DNA of 64,000 nucleotides from Octopus sinensis (taxonomy: Eukaryota), in contig NC_043000.1 of assembly GCF_006345805.1 (NCBI RefSeq), forward strand, positions 123,256,001-123,320,000, read 5' to 3'. The notes below the pieces were generated by a model, which was not told the DNA's origin, did no database searches, and saw only the letters and a program-made list of their open reading frames with translations. Of this stretch, positions 14,501 through 28,650 are shown in pieces. Both the position numbers and the translations under genes were made by a program. Every line of letters begins with the position of its first letter. The first letter of the stretch is position 1.

Positions 14501-16559
14501 GTGTGTGTGTGGTGTGTGCATGTGTGTGTTTGTGCATTCATACATACATAAAGGTTATGTATTTTTAACTTATATGCTCACTAAACCAAAGGAGTTTTAA
14601 TAACAGTAAAATATTTTGAAATTATACTCTGATAGTCTAGCTGACATTGTAAGAAAATATATAAAGAATATTAAAATTGTGTTTCGTAATACCAATTTAC
14701 TGCAAAGGAAACAGGCTTAGAATTTTTAGTTATATCTAAAGGTTTATATAAAACTTTCATCAAGATCTCCAAATATCTTCCAACTGTTTGATATTTTACA
14801 AAATGTTATCCATGCTTTTTTTTTCTTTTGTATCTTACAAGAACAATATCAGTGCTTCTCCGATAATAATGCATAAAGAAATCAGAAATACAATAATCGT
14901 CAATTTGCAAAAGTTTTGTTATATTCAGTATTACTTCTTGCAATCAACTCCAGAAGCATTAAACATTTCATTAATCCCACTTCAATATAATTACATATAA
15001 ATTTAAAAAACGATCCTCATAAGATCTCTTTTAGTCTATAAGTTATACTACATAAAAGATAAGCTCACTTGATGTATTTGTGTTTATTTTCTTTCATGCA
15101 CATATATAAGTATGGATTATTTTTTATCTTTTAATGATATATTTGTGTGTAAACTGTTTTATTCTGAATCAATGCATATCATGAACATTTTATTTCACAT
15201 AACTTGTTGCAGCAGTGTTGTAGTGAGTTATTAGAATGTTTTCACATCTACATATATTGGATATTTTTGTATAAGCAACACATTTTAATCAACAGTACTA
15301 CACTTCTGTACAGTGAACTAGTATTTAGTTGCTAATCAACAATAAACACTATATTTCCTAATTTCAATAATAAAAATTACTAGCAATATATAATTATTCA
15401 AAATGCCTTCAGTTTTACACACTGCATTACCTTTTAAGTTCATATATTTACAACATGATGAAGGATGTTCAATATCATCGATGTTTCACATAGATTTAGA
15501 AGGCATCTTAGCTCTTTGAGAATTTTCTAACATTGGTGTTTCCTATCATACATGTTCTTTATTACATTTTTTAAATACTAAACTACTAATATTTATCTAA
15601 GCACAATCTTTATTCATTTTGCTTTTCTATTTTTTATTCTTGTACTTTGTTTACAAACAAAAAATGTCAAGTATACTCTGACCTTTTAATACTAATACAC
15701 AACTTTAATATCCTGCCTACATTGCTTAATAATTTATTCAAAATGCACTGAAGTATAATTTTCAATTACAAACTTCTTTGTAAATTTTAAGAGCTATTCC
15801 TTTAATTGAAATTTATATATCTCTCAAAAGAACACGTGTCTAAACCCTGGAACAAAATAAGTGTAGTGCATTTTTTTCTCTTAAAAGTTAAATTCACTGG
15901 GCTGAAATGTAGTTTGGCAGTTGTAAAATGACAAACCTTACAAAAAGATATTCAAATATATTTTGTTTTGTGGTAAGAACTGTACTATAGCAAACCTTCC
16001 TGGATTGGAAAGTTGTGGGTGAGATGTTTGGTTAATACGTCTTATGTTTAATTTCATATTATAAAAGGTAAAAATATATAACAGCTAACTGAGTTTCAGA
16101 GAAACACTTTTTTAGTTGGAATTTATTGCTTATCATAGATTCTAAAGAAAAGAAAATGTGCAGGTGATATGAAAAAAGGAAAATAAATAAGTTAATCATT
16201 TAAAATGATACTTCAAGGCTTAAGATGCAAAGAAATAAAAGTTATGAAATTAGAGATTTCATAATGACTATTATGATTTTTATGCCTAATTGAAATGAAC
16301 ATTGTGACATAATTCACTTACTCTACAATAAGTATGATGCAGATGGTCAGATAACATACAATAGTGACATTAATTACATGGAATATATTTTCAATAGTTG
16401 GTATCTATAACATTCTTTTTCTATGAAAATGTTTTGCTTTTTTATTTGTAAAAATGCATTGATATAATTTGAGACATGCCACATTAACATAAAAATATTA
16501 TATCATAAATTTGTTTTAACTTTTATTTTTATTTTATTTATTTATTTATTTGTGATTAG

Positions 16560-16738
16560 AAAGCACAACATACCATTTCGGCCCCAATCCTGGCCTTCTT
16601 CAGTACACCTATCCAGCGAAGAAACGTAAAGACAGAACGGAAGACCTCCTCGCTTTCGGATTAAAGACAAAACAAAAAGATGCCGTTCTTGTTCGAGTTC
16701 AAAGTAAAGATTCAGATGACTATTTGGAAGCAGAATTG
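16560..16738 (+). CDS. Nrxn: Neurexin coding exon, start of LNS6 (laminin-G) domain; phase 1 to phase 0
   Basis: T-rich tract + tgattAG acceptor (16558-59) and TTG|GTAAGA donor. Translates (E)STTYHFGPNPGLLQYTYPAKKRKDRTEDLLAFGLKTKQKDAVLVRVQSKDSDDYLEAEL, aligning by eye to vertebrate neurexin LNS6 GTTYIF...[35 protein letters not shown]. Not in the ORF track because it has no ATG. Confidence 0.95.
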
Positions 16739-17261
16739 GTAAGATTCTCATAATATGTTTTCTGTTATATGAAATCTACATGATAAAATAATTAGATCAC
16801 ATATGAATCATTAATTTCAGTATCCCTTTATAGGTACATCATATCTCTTGGTACTGCTGAATAAATTTATGATAAATGCGGAAATTAGATATATAACCTG
16901 TAATTATAAGTTTATGATTGGTTCCATCTGGTGCAACTTTTTCTTTAAAGTGGTTGTTAAAGTCATCCTGATTTAAACCTTTAATTATTATATCAAATGT
17001 AAAGCCTATTTATTCACATTGTTTTGAATTAATCATGCATTATCTTGTAACTTCGAGATTTCAATGAAGTGGCTGTTATTTTTAGAATGATATTGTAGTG
17101 TAGGTGTGAGAGGCCAAATCTGGCCAGTTTGAACATAAAGCAGGTAGAATTTTTTGGCCGGGTATGACTGATTTAAATGCTAATGGGGCAAAGGCAAAAA
17201 CTAGGGAAATTATTATTTGAAATAATTCTATTAAAAAGTGTGTATATAATCTGTGTATGTA

Positions 17262-18523
17262 CAGAGGTTGGACGAAATAATGGAAACACCTTAAAATTTC
17301 AAACAAATTTATTTTAATATGGGATAGAACCACCTTTGTCAGTAATTACAGCTTGAATTCTACGAGGTGTAGACTTGTACAAAGTTTGAATTGCTTCCCA
17401 AGAAATTTTTGTCCATTCTTCAGCTAAAACAGTCTCCAGTTCTTGTAGTGATGATGGTGGAGGATATCAACTCCTTACTTGTTTTTCTAAAATGCACCAT
17501 AAATGTTCAATAATATTGAGATCTGGGGACTGTGGTGGCCAGATAAGATGTTCAACGTCACTAGAATGTTCCTCATGCCATTCAGTAACAACTTTAGCTG
17601 TGTGAATTGGTGCATTATCATCCTGAAAGACTGTTTCCCTCCATAAACAGTTCTGCAACCATAGGATGAATCTGATCAGATAAAAGGCTTAACTAGTCTT
17701 GACTATTGATTCTGCCATGAAGGGAAACCATTGGGCCGGCATATTTCCAAGATATAACCCCACCCCCAGATCATCACAGATCCTTCTCCATGTTTAACAG
17801 TTAGAAGAAGGCAGTCTGGTTCAAATGCTTCTTTTGGCTGTCTCCACATGTATACTCAGCTGGTGGTTGATTTGTCCAAGAAAATAACATTCTTCCACTG
17901 CTCTCAGGACCAATTCTGTAGGTTTTTACTCCACTCTAAATGCTTTGCAACATTTGTTTTTGAAAGTAGTTGTTTTCTGATTACAGCCCTCCATTGAAAT
18001 CTGGCTTTGTGCAGCTCCTGGTGCACGGTTTTTGTGGAAACTGGGTTCTTAAGGTAGTCATTAAGCTCTGCAGTAATTTTGGGAGCTGTACTTTTGTGAT
18101 CCTTTCTAACAATTCATGTAAGAATTTGATGGTCCCTATCTGAAAGTTCTGGTTTTCTTCAGGAGTTTTGCTTCAATGAGGAGGTTTCTCCCTATTTCTC
18201 AAAGGCTATCATTACTTTAGAGATAGAACTTCTTGATACACCAAACATTTTGGCTGTTTTCGTTAAGCTAGTGCCTGCCATTCGAGCACCAACAATTTGA
18301 CCTCTTGGAAAGTCCAATACATCTGTCATTTTAATGAATTTTAATTACTTTTTTCTGATGATATCTGAAAAGAAATAGCAATTTTAGAAGAACATATTAA
18401 GCAACACTAATAATAAATTTAAAAAAACATAAGAATAAACAAGCTTTTGACGGCTTTATAGCTATTTGAAATATAAAATTATGCTATGATGCTAAGTGTT
18501 TCCATTATTTTGTCCAACCCCTG
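17262..18523 (-). mobile_element. Tc1/mariner DNA transposon, defective, DD36E spacing
   Basis: 28-bp TIRs (CAGAGGTTGGACGAAATAATGGAAACAC left; reverse complement of right end CAGGGGTTGGACAAAATAATGGAAACAC), TA on both flanks, transposase remnant FQDDNAPIHT...WPPQSPDLNIIEHLW. Confidence 0.93.
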
Positions 18524-19185
18524 TATATATGTGTGCATGTGTGTGTGTCAAAGTTGTATTTGTTTGGCAAATGACTTACATGCATCATCTGTTGAAACTG
18601 AAAGAATGGTTTCATGAAAGAGTCATGATAGTCATTCAAAATACAGAAATACTGAAACTTTTGATACAAGGAAAGAAACAACAGTAAATAATAACCCCCA
18701 TGATTTTTGATAAGGTAATTACATTATATCTATGTGTGTGTGTTTATTCAATAGTTTTATGGCCATATTTTTCATGCTAGCATGGGTTAGAGGTATATAT
18801 TTTTAAGACATTCTACAATACAAGCACACATAGCAAGCAGCTTTCATAATGAGCAAATGCAAGCAAACACTCTTATACATTCACACACGCACACACACAT
18901 ATATAACACAAGTGACAAGGTAACTTACAGGACTGTGAAGACAATGCTAACACACATCCAAGCATGCACACTTACACACACATCAGTGTATGTGGATATG
19001 AGTGTGTGCATGTATTTGTGCATGTATAATATATGTATATATCTATATTTATATGTGTGCATCTCTCTCTCTCTCTCTCCATATATATATATATATATAT
19101 ATAATTCTCATGTGTGAGTGAGTGGACAAATGAAAGAAAGTGACATTCAATACATTTACCAGGAGTTACACATATCATTATTGAA

Positions 19186-19489
19186 AACAGTTTGATTTGA
19201 CCCAGTGCAACTTAAAGTTTCATGGGCTCATCACAAAAACCTAGCTTGTTGGACTCAGGCAGCCAAATGGGAAGATGTAGGAAGTCCAAGTATACTACAG
19301 GAAACTGGGTTGCTATTGGTCACAGTGGGTCCAAACACCATTTGACTCACCTTGACCAATAGCAGTCCAGTTTCCAGTATCCATCTTGGACTTCTTTCCT
19401 TTCCCCATTCCACCACCTAAGCCCAATGAACTAGGTTCCTGTTACAAGTGTACAAAACTTTAAGTTGCTTCAGGCCAAATCAGACTGTT
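19186..19489. mobile_element. About 300-bp fold-back (palindromic) element, MITE-like
   Basis: Arms pair over nearly the whole length, e.g. cagtttgatttgacccagtgcaacttaaagtttt versus the reverse complement of aaaactttaagttgcttcaggccaaatcagactg; inner ggaaactgggttgctattggtca versus tgaccaatagcagtccagtttcc. Confidence 0.8.
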
Positions 19490-19585
19490 GTTAAATGATA
19501 ATAAATATATTTATATTTATATATACCTCCATACATATATACACACACACACACTAACATGTGCTTATATATATATGTGTGTATA

Positions 19586-19624
<39 letters not shown>

Positions 19625-20021
19625 TATATATATAAATTTAGGATTCAAGCAAATCAGGTCCTTAAATAGTAAAGTACCATGGTTGGGTCAGAGAAATGGC
19701 TATCGCATATGAACAATATTTGAGAAACAAATACATACATGCTAACGTAAACACGGAATTATATTCCAGTTGTTTGTACAATTAAAAATGGCCAACTGAA
19801 TATACCATGAGTTTCAAGGCTACACATGAGAACAAACACTGCACCAATTGTACTGCACTCAATAGACTCCAGATCCCTGCAAATTGCAAGTTCCAAGTAA
19901 GGTGAATGATAAGCAAATAACAGCAGATGGAAAACACATCTGAAACAGCTGTAGTGAATGAACCACAATCCATCTGTTGTTATTTGTTTATATACAATAC
20001 ACACACACACATACATACACA

Positions 20022-20053
<32 letters not shown>

Positions 20054-20770
20054 TACATATATATATATAAAAATATACATATATAAGAATAATATAACAT
20101 GAAAAGGGAAAAAAAGCAGGCTTCAGTAGCAAATCACAATATTTGTTTCTGCAACAGACACTGGCTTTAAGTTGTTGAGTTTACGTTTATGTATCATTAT
20201 ATAGGATTATTCTTTAGAATTACTGTATAATTAAATATATTTTAGCAACAACTGTATGTAGGCACTTCCTCAGGTAGAATGCAATTAAGTGCTGTCATAT
20301 TTCTTTCAGTTTCCTCGTGTATACAATGTCTATTATTCTCCATCAACCAGTTCATTAAACTCTGGGCAAAAAGAGCAGTTAAAGCTAAACTCCATCATGT
20401 TGAATATGCTGCAATCAACCCAGCGACAGATTAGAAAGTGTGTTTGAATGTGGATGAAGAAGTCTGTTTCTTCTTCCTCTCTTACTTTATATATATATAT
20501 ATTATATACACACACAGATTTGGATGATGCATGCAATCAACACAAATAGTTTACGTAATATGAAAATGTGCTGCAAAAGTGTGCTCCTGTTCAAATGTAC
20601 AATTCCACTATGGCTACCATTAAATTTGATTTTAGTAAATTGAAAATTTAAAAGTCTCCTATAATAACATATTTACTTTTCCATTTCTTAAATATTGCTA
20701 TTTGCAAAACTAGTAGCATCATTTTATTTATTTTGATGCTCAATTTATTTCATAAAACTTTATTTTTCAG

Positions 20771-20942
20771 GTGGATGGAAACATATTTGTTGTATATAAC
20801 ATGGGCACTGCAGACCACCCAGTGGGGGAAGTCTACCATAAGGTAAATGATGGGGAATACCATGTAGTCCGTTTTACACGAAATGGTGCAAATTCAACCA
20901 TCCAGGTAGACAACTATAAACCACAGCCAAAACATCCAGACG
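20771..20942 (+). CDS. Nrxn: Neurexin coding exon, middle of LNS6, ending at the SS4-equivalent position; phase 0 to phase 1
   Basis: tatttttcAG acceptor and ACG|GTAAGT donor. Translates [57 protein letters not shown]+G, matching the neurexin signature [22 protein letters not shown]...RYPAG. In frame with the previous exon. Confidence 0.97.
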
Positions 20943-21163
20943 GTAAGTGATACAATTCTTTTTAAATATATGTTTGTCTTATTGTCCATATATATATAAA
21001 AAAAAGTTCATATATTTTTCATTTTTACCATATAAGTAATAAGTCTCTATGTATATATACATACACATATGTACGTAAAAATAACATGATGTGGATGTAT
21101 GTATATCTATATATATGCTATTATATATGTATATGTATTATATATACATATATTGTACATATC

Positions 21164-21206
<43 letters not shown>

Positions 21207-21249
21207 CACATATATATATTATACATGCATACATATATATGTGTGTGTA

Positions 21250-21295
<46 letters not shown>

Positions 21296-22756
21296 AATTG
21301 TTCCGTTTAACAGAATTTCAAATAGCCCCGGAACTATCAGTATTAAATTATAGTTAGTAGAATATTATATCCACTTATGTGCATTTTCTTGCATAAACAT
21401 CCATATTCATTTGCGCATATATATTTGTATTGTAAAATTCATTTTAGTAGAAATAGAAATATGCATATGTATCTAAATATAAAAATAATTCAGGTTATGA
21501 TATGGAAATTTTATCCTCGTAGTAAAGTGATTTGCTCATTTCTACTTCTAATTATTAAAAACATTTGAGAAAGGAAAACTTAAAATAATAATCAAGATTA
21601 ATTTAGTATAAACTAATATATTAATATTTTCATTTTAGTTTTCTGTGAGAATACAAATTTTAAATGCAAATTTAATAGTGTAGTGTTCAATTTGAAATCC
21701 TATTACATTAAAAGAAATTATTACACATCTTTGTTTTATATGCAACTGATTAAAATTTTTCAATGTTTAGTTGTGTCCATTGTGTAATTTTACTTGTCAC
21801 ACTTGTCTGATGAGAAATAAGAAATAGAACATTTATATGATATTTTATTGTTGGTTCTAGAAACAATTGCTTGTTAGTTTCTTAATTGTTTATTTAATAA
21901 TAATTGATATTTAATTTTCAATAAGATTTTCATAATGGTATATAGAAAATTAAATAACTAATTTATTAAAATATATTTACAACAGGTATAAGATTTGCAT
22001 TTACCTGTATATGTTACATATCTATTTAGATTTATTTTGTTGTGAATAGCATTTTAGAATAGTTTATCTGGTTTTTGTAACTATAGATTCTGTCAGTCAA
22101 AGAAATCAAAATGTTCTATCTTTAGAATTTGTATTGATTAGACACAAGCTAAGAATTTGGTTTTAAACAATTTCAATATTTCTTATGAAAGTAATAGTAT
22201 ACTACTGATTGTTTCCTTTGTATATCTCTTTACTTTCCAAAAATGCTTATTTTAATTTCATAAAGTCTTTTCAAAAATTTTATATTTAACAATTAAGCAT
22301 GTTATCTAAAGATTCAACTTTAACATAAATCATTGGCTATGTAGTAACTGATTAGAATATACCGATCATTTATTAGTTCCACTAATTCTACAAATGCTAA
22401 CTAATAAATGTATTTTGCTGCTGCCTCTATTCAAATTAAGAAAAAGTTTAGAACAACTCTCTGCCCAGCTGCTATTTGCAGTACTTTGAATAATACATTG
22501 ATTTTAAATGCAAGAGATCACTTGTATTTGTATGTATCATATTTCAAAAAGTACTAAAATGCATAAACAAATATATACATATGTTTTTGTATTGATGTAT
22601 AAATATATATATATGTGTGCACTTACAAACATATGCATATATTTGTCTGTGCATTTCAGTATTGCTTGCAATTTGGGACATGCACACATAGATATATATA
22701 TATATATGCTCCAGCATGGCTACAGCTTTTAGCTAAAACTAATAAAAGATATATAT

Positions 22757-22838
<82 letters not shown>

Positions 22839-23068
22839 AAACATATATCTGTGTTATATATATATAACTATAAATATGAGATAAATTTGATGTACTTAGC
22901 TTACAAATGTAAATATATCTTGTTATTCTCTTCATACACTGAAAAATAAAGATTATCCTGACATACTTCATGGCTAATTAGTAACCTGTTAGGAAGTAAA
23001 TAAACTGCATTCCTCTGCCTTTGAAGACAATTAAATAGTATATATTATTTAAATAAGATATAAAATTG

Positions 23069-23265
23069 AGGTGGCAAGCTGGCAGAATCATTAGCACACC
23101 AGGCAAAATGCTCATATTCTGAGTTCAAATTCCACCAAGGTCAACTTTACCTTTCATCCTTTCAGGTACTTAATAAAGTAAGTACCAGTTGAGAACTGGG
23201 GTCAATGTAATTGACTTACCCAACTCCCCAAACTTGCTGGCCTTGTGCCAAAATTTGAGACCAAA
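23069..23265 (+). mobile_element. tRNA-derived SINE, second family; other copies at about 11456-11650(+) and 54298-54490(+)
   Basis: A-box-like ggcaagctggcagaatc and B-box-like gagttcaaattcc; shared body cctttcatcctttc...aagtaccagtt...ctggggtc...ccttgtgcc in all three copies. Confidence 0.85.
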
Positions 23266-23925
23266 TAAAACACAAACCTAGAAGTAGCTGAAAGGGCTGA
23301 TTTAATTTGCATATTGTGCATTTCTTGACTGTGTAATTAATTAATTAATTAATATTTTATTCACATACAATGTGCATTAGAAATTCTATATAAAATTGAT
23401 ATAGTTGTTCAACTATTTGTAATGTGTTAAGCTGGAAAAAAAAAAAAGCAAGTGCTCTAGCATAGGCACAGTTAAATGACTGAAACATGTAAAAGAATAA
23501 ATGTAAATACATCTTGATATTCCATCCATACAGAGAAAAATAAAAGAGGTATTCTTACATACTTAATAGTTAATTAGCTACTCCCCAGAGGTAAATTAAC
23601 CCCACTCATCTGTCTAGAAAGAGGACTGAATATTAAATGCTACTTAAATCAAACACAAACAATAATGTGCAATAAACAGCTTGACTAATTCTCATAGTAT
23701 GAATTTGTTAGTGGCATGATAATTAATGAAAAATTAATTAATCATGCTACTGACAAATACACAATAGTCAAGCTGTTTCAGCTACTTCCTATTAACACTG
23801 TTTAAATCAAATATTTAACTTCCTTGTATATGTTTGATTTAAATAGCATTTTCTATTTAGTTCTCTTCACAGACAGGGTGACTGAGAGGTATTTATTCTC
23901 TGAGGAGTGTTCTATAAACTAAAGG

Positions 23926-24265
23926 GTAAAGACCCCCTTCGGTTATGAGTGACCATGGGTTTGCACCTAGAGAGTTACCCTCTGAGGCACAAGTCTGGGC
24001 AAGGTTGTTTTATGGAAGACCAGTAGTCGCCCATGCATACCGGCCTCCCCTCTCCACGCCACCAGTGTTATCCAAGGGAAAGACAAAGGTCGATACAGCT
24101 TGGCACCTGTGACGTCGCAACTCATTTCTACAGCTGAGTTAACTGGAGCAACGTGAAATAAAGTGTCTTGCTCAAGAACACAACACGCAGCCCGGTCCGG
24201 GATTCGAGCTCACAACCTCACGATCGTAAACTCGATGCTCTAACCACTGAGCCATGCACCTTCAC
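23926..24265 (-). mobile_element. Young tRNA-derived SINE, third family; related decayed copy at about 31440-31700(-)
   Basis: Minus strand begins gtgaaggtgcatggctcagtggttagagc...gagctcgaatccc (Pol III A/B boxes) followed by tgtgttcttgagcaagacactttatttcac; GC-rich and CpG-retaining. Confidence 0.85.
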
Positions 24266-24274
24266 TTAACTATC

Positions 24275-24305
<31 letters not shown>

Positions 24306-24388
24306 ATAAACATACATATACATATGTGTGTGTATATATGCATATATAGTTATATATTTATATATATATGAACATACATATTCATATA

Positions 24389-24426
<38 letters not shown>

Positions 24427-24498
24427 CATAGACACACATGTATATATATATATACATAGACACACATGTATATATGTACATATATATATGTATACATG

Positions 24499-24541
<43 letters not shown>

Positions 24542-25194
24542 TACATAAATAGACTGGCACAGAGAAGTAAGCATAGTATTAGAAATGTTTTCAACAAAAT
24601 CTAGATTGAGATGATAGTATGGAATATTTGAGAAAATGTTATAATTTTACTGTATTGTCTTCATGTGTAAAATAATATAACCAGGTTGAAGCCAAAATTT
24701 GTAGCTTGGTTTTAATCATAATATAACAAATATAGTATAAATTATATATATCTTAAAATTAAGAGTCATTTCAAGATGTTACACTTTTCCTGTGACTATT
24801 ACATTTAGTATGAAATTATAAACACTCTTTTAGGTTTTAAATGAATTTATGCCTGGGTATACCTAATATACTTAGTTAAGTCATTTTTTATTAATGAATT
24901 TCACAGCTTAGTAAGAACCTTAAAACATTTGATTTGTAGTTTCTGGTATATTTCTTTGATCTTGTTATTTTTTATTCAACCTATATTTTTTCATTCTAAA
25001 GATTTCTATGATTTTCAGTTTTGTTGTACTAGTTAAAGTCATTTTTCATAAATGTTAATCAGTCTGTTGAATCTTTTATTAGAAAGTTGGATCTTTAATT
25101 TAACTTGATTGATTTTATTTGTTTGATTTTATTTTGATTTTATTTTTTGTTTAATTAATAGAATTAACATATTGGTTCTTTTATACTCTCCTAG

Positions 25195-25215
25195 GGGGAT
25201 TAATTTGTTTTGTAG
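25195..25215 (+). CDS. Candidate 21-nt microexon (GGLICFV)
   Basis: ttaac branch-like motif, ttcttttatactctcctAG acceptor, TAG|GTATAT donor (moderate); 3n, stop-free. Confidence 0.35.
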
Positions 25216-28200
25216 GTATATCAGATTTTCTTTATGTTTTGAGGAAAGTTGCATTCTCTCAACCGATATTCTTCAGATTACTCCCATTAATACTTTTATA
25301 GCCAATATTTATTAAAACTAACAACTAAATTTAAACTATCCAGCTTCCTTATAACATTTGTCTTGAGCATTGTTATTGCTTTCTTCTAAAAAAACAATAG
25401 TTTAATGTTTTGAAAATTATTAATGTGTTTTATCTTAATAGAAACTTCAATTTTAAGAAGAAATATGTTTAGCAGGAAATAATTGTATTTTAATTATATT
25501 TCAACTTACTAAGATATATTATGGTATCTCTTGGACAGCCAAGTTATATTTTCTCACCTGAATGTTAAAAACAATAATTTCCAGTTACTCTGACTTAAGT
25601 CTTCCTTCCTTATTTGTTCATGTTTTCTCAACTTCTTTCTAAATTCCTTTAAACTCCAGTAGCTGTATGACTATCTCCCAAATTGTATTGAAGTTATTTA
25701 TTTATTTCAACTAAACTTTTTCTGAAATCATCATCCATAGTAACTTCAATGCCTCCAGCATTTCTCAATTCTCTCATTCCTCCCAAATTGTTTGTTACCC
25801 TGAATTGTCTGCAGCAGTTATTTTCCTCACCTACCCATAACTCAAACCAACTTTCCAAACACTCTTGCCTTCTATCTCATCTCTAAACTCAACTATCTAC
25901 ATATCTTCCCTTGTTGGATCATCTGATTATCCCGTCAAGTTGACCAGTTTACATAATCCTATTCTGCAACTAATCTGTCTGGTACTTCAACTCTCAGTTC
26001 TATACTGTTTCAACATCAGGTCTAACATCAAATCTATACTGACTTCTCTTGAGAGCAATGTACTTCACTTCTGATTCACCTAAAACATAGCTTTAGTACT
26101 TCACTTTTGACCCATCCAAAACAGAATATAGCATTGCATATTGTCCTTGAGCAAAGCTTTCAGCTGTGTCTGACACAAGAATCTTAGAGTAATGCTGCTT
26201 GATTATGGGATCTTTCCATTCATCTCTTAAACATGAAGTCTCTGTTAGACCACTCTATTTCAGCTTGCATTGAGAAGAATCATTTCTGTTCAGCCCGAGA
26301 TTCTCCTTGTTACTTATAATCTCTCTCTCTCTGTCTCCCTCCCTCCTCTCTCTCTCTCTTTCTCCCAGGTGATGCCCCCACTTCGCTCTTCTTTAACTTT
26401 CTGCATGTAGGTGTTGTCATGCAGCTTAGATATCTCACAACAAACTTGATCTACTTTCATGAACAGAAACCTGTAAGTATGCACCAGTAACTGCCTTGTT
26501 TACACCCTTTTGTGTGAACACAAGAATAGTAAAGTCACAACAAATGTAAGGCTTCAAAGCCTCTTCTGACTTGTTATGGCAGCTTTACATAAAGAACATA
26601 GGTGAAATTAAATTAAAAAGACCAGTTTTTTTTCTTTCAGGGCTAGAAAATACTTCTTTGATCAATTACTGGCCTTCTAAAGCTCGGGTATGATTCACAT
26701 TGATGTACTGCTCACATTTCTATGACAGTACTGCTGCTATAAACTCCATTCCAAAATTGGTTATCTGACTGATAAGTAAAGATTCATCCAACACTATGCT
26801 ACATTCACTAGCCCAAATATACATTATTTCTTCACTCACTTCCTCCTTCACAATTACTAACACTAACTTTTACTCCTCTAAACCAGTAAGCTAGATACTA
26901 CCTCCTCCCAAGCTCATCTATTTCACTTGGCTCTCATCTCTTCTTGTCATCATCCCTACTGTGTATTACTCAGCAAATTCCAAATTTAACAATCTAGAAC
27001 TGCAGCTCACTAGCATTGCCTTCTTGACTATGTTTTTCCTATGAGTATAAATCTACAGAAGTTCGAGTTTTTCATTATCAACACATCTTAACCAGTATGA
27101 GATTACTTACATAGGTCATTGATGCTACTCTTCTTTCGACTAATTTATAATAATGAAAGTAAACGTTTTTAAGTATAACCATTAAAGATTGTTAATAAAA
27201 AGCCTGAATTCTCTTTGTTAAATATTTACAACCTTCAAACAAATGATATTATTAATTTTAACAATAAGAATTCATTTTCATTCAATTAGTCTTGTAATGC
27301 TATCTTAGTTATGATTGATATTATTTTTGTTGTTTCTTACTCATTTTTCTTTAAATAGTTATTTCTGAAGTATTAGTAAAGGAATAATGGCATTCACTTC
27401 TTATTTCTGTTGTGTATTAGCATGATTTTACTACATTCAACTGAAACTTTTCTCGTTTTATATAACATTTACATTAAAATAATTATTTTTTCTAAAATAT
27501 CTTGGTTAGAAAGTATATTTGGTACTATCATTAAAGCCATTTAAACATTATGAATAATGCTATTAAAAGTAATACTTTTAGAAACTCACTTATAATACAT
27601 AATTCTTATAGGTAATCTTTAATAATCTACATTAGTTAAATACTATTGATGACATTTTGAGGAACTTTCAAAAGCAATTCTTCTTTATAAAATTAAACAT
27701 TATTTTAAACATGGCTAGTTTATAATAAAAGCATTGAAAAAAGATCATTAAATTTGTATTGTTACTCTATCATAGTTGCTCATAGATTCCATAGCAATAC
27801 CTTTACTGAAAATTTCCAGAAAGTTTTATTGTCTGTATAAGATGCTATCATAAATTGATATAGCTCTTTAAAAAAAAAATCTCTGAAAGGTCTTTGAATT
27901 ATAACAAAATGAAAAAATAGGAAACACTCAGTATTTTTCAAATATTCGAATTCTTTCTAAACTTCTTATCTTCCAAATTATGTACTGATGTAATATTACC
28001 AACTTTTTAAACCTAAAATTTAACTCTTTCTTTATTTCACTAAATAATGTTAATCAATGTATTAATTTAATTTTGTAACAATGAACATTTTGCATATTTT
28101 TGTTATTTTGTTATTTAAACCATTCTCTGACATAATTCTATCCTAAAATCTTAATTCTTATGTACTTTTGGAAAATTAATTTATTCTTACAATCTTGAAA

Positions 28201-28614
28201 AATGATTAGATTTTGTATATAAAATGCCAGTTTTAATTATGTAGCATTTTTAATTTAGAATAAATAATACTTTAAAAAATGCTATTATCTCTGAATGAAA
28301 TTTTACAGTGAGCTTGTTGATAAATCTAGTCTTAAGGTGATTGAAAACTGAATTTAATCATATATTGTCAGTTCTGTTCAGATAGTAGCACACCAGGATA
28401 GAATTATATTAAACTGATTTTTGTTCCTATTATTACCCTCTGCAATGTGCTTGCAGTCTATGTAAAATGTTTGATGCACATATCCATTATTGTAACATTC
28501 TATAATGATTACATCATACAAAAAAATGAGCCAAAAATGTAAAAGCGAAAACAGACACTATTTAGACATTTTCTATTCATATATGCTAATTTGTGTGTGC
28601 ATATATCTATATAT

Positions 28615-28650
<36 letters not shown>

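Noticed and set aside
1-16559. Upstream neurexin exon (EGF3/LNS5) or a beta-neurexin-like first exon
   Set aside because: No Cys-patterned EGF exon or signal-peptide exon with a phase-1 donor was recognised; it probably lies upstream of the window, though a short one could have been missed.
16542-16751. Minus-strand 69-aa ORF
   Set aside because: Antisense shadow of the neurexin exon.
19759-20536. Complex-sequence minus-strand ORFs near the second exon
   Set aside because: No recognisable domain or consistent splice structure.
23926-24265. tRNA gene
   Set aside because: The tRNA-like A/B boxes are the head of a SINE; no complete cloverleaf.
26369-26472. Exon-like segment after a (CT)n tract with a GTAAGT donor
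   Set aside because: 104 nt, wrong exit phase, inside a decayed LINE-like block.
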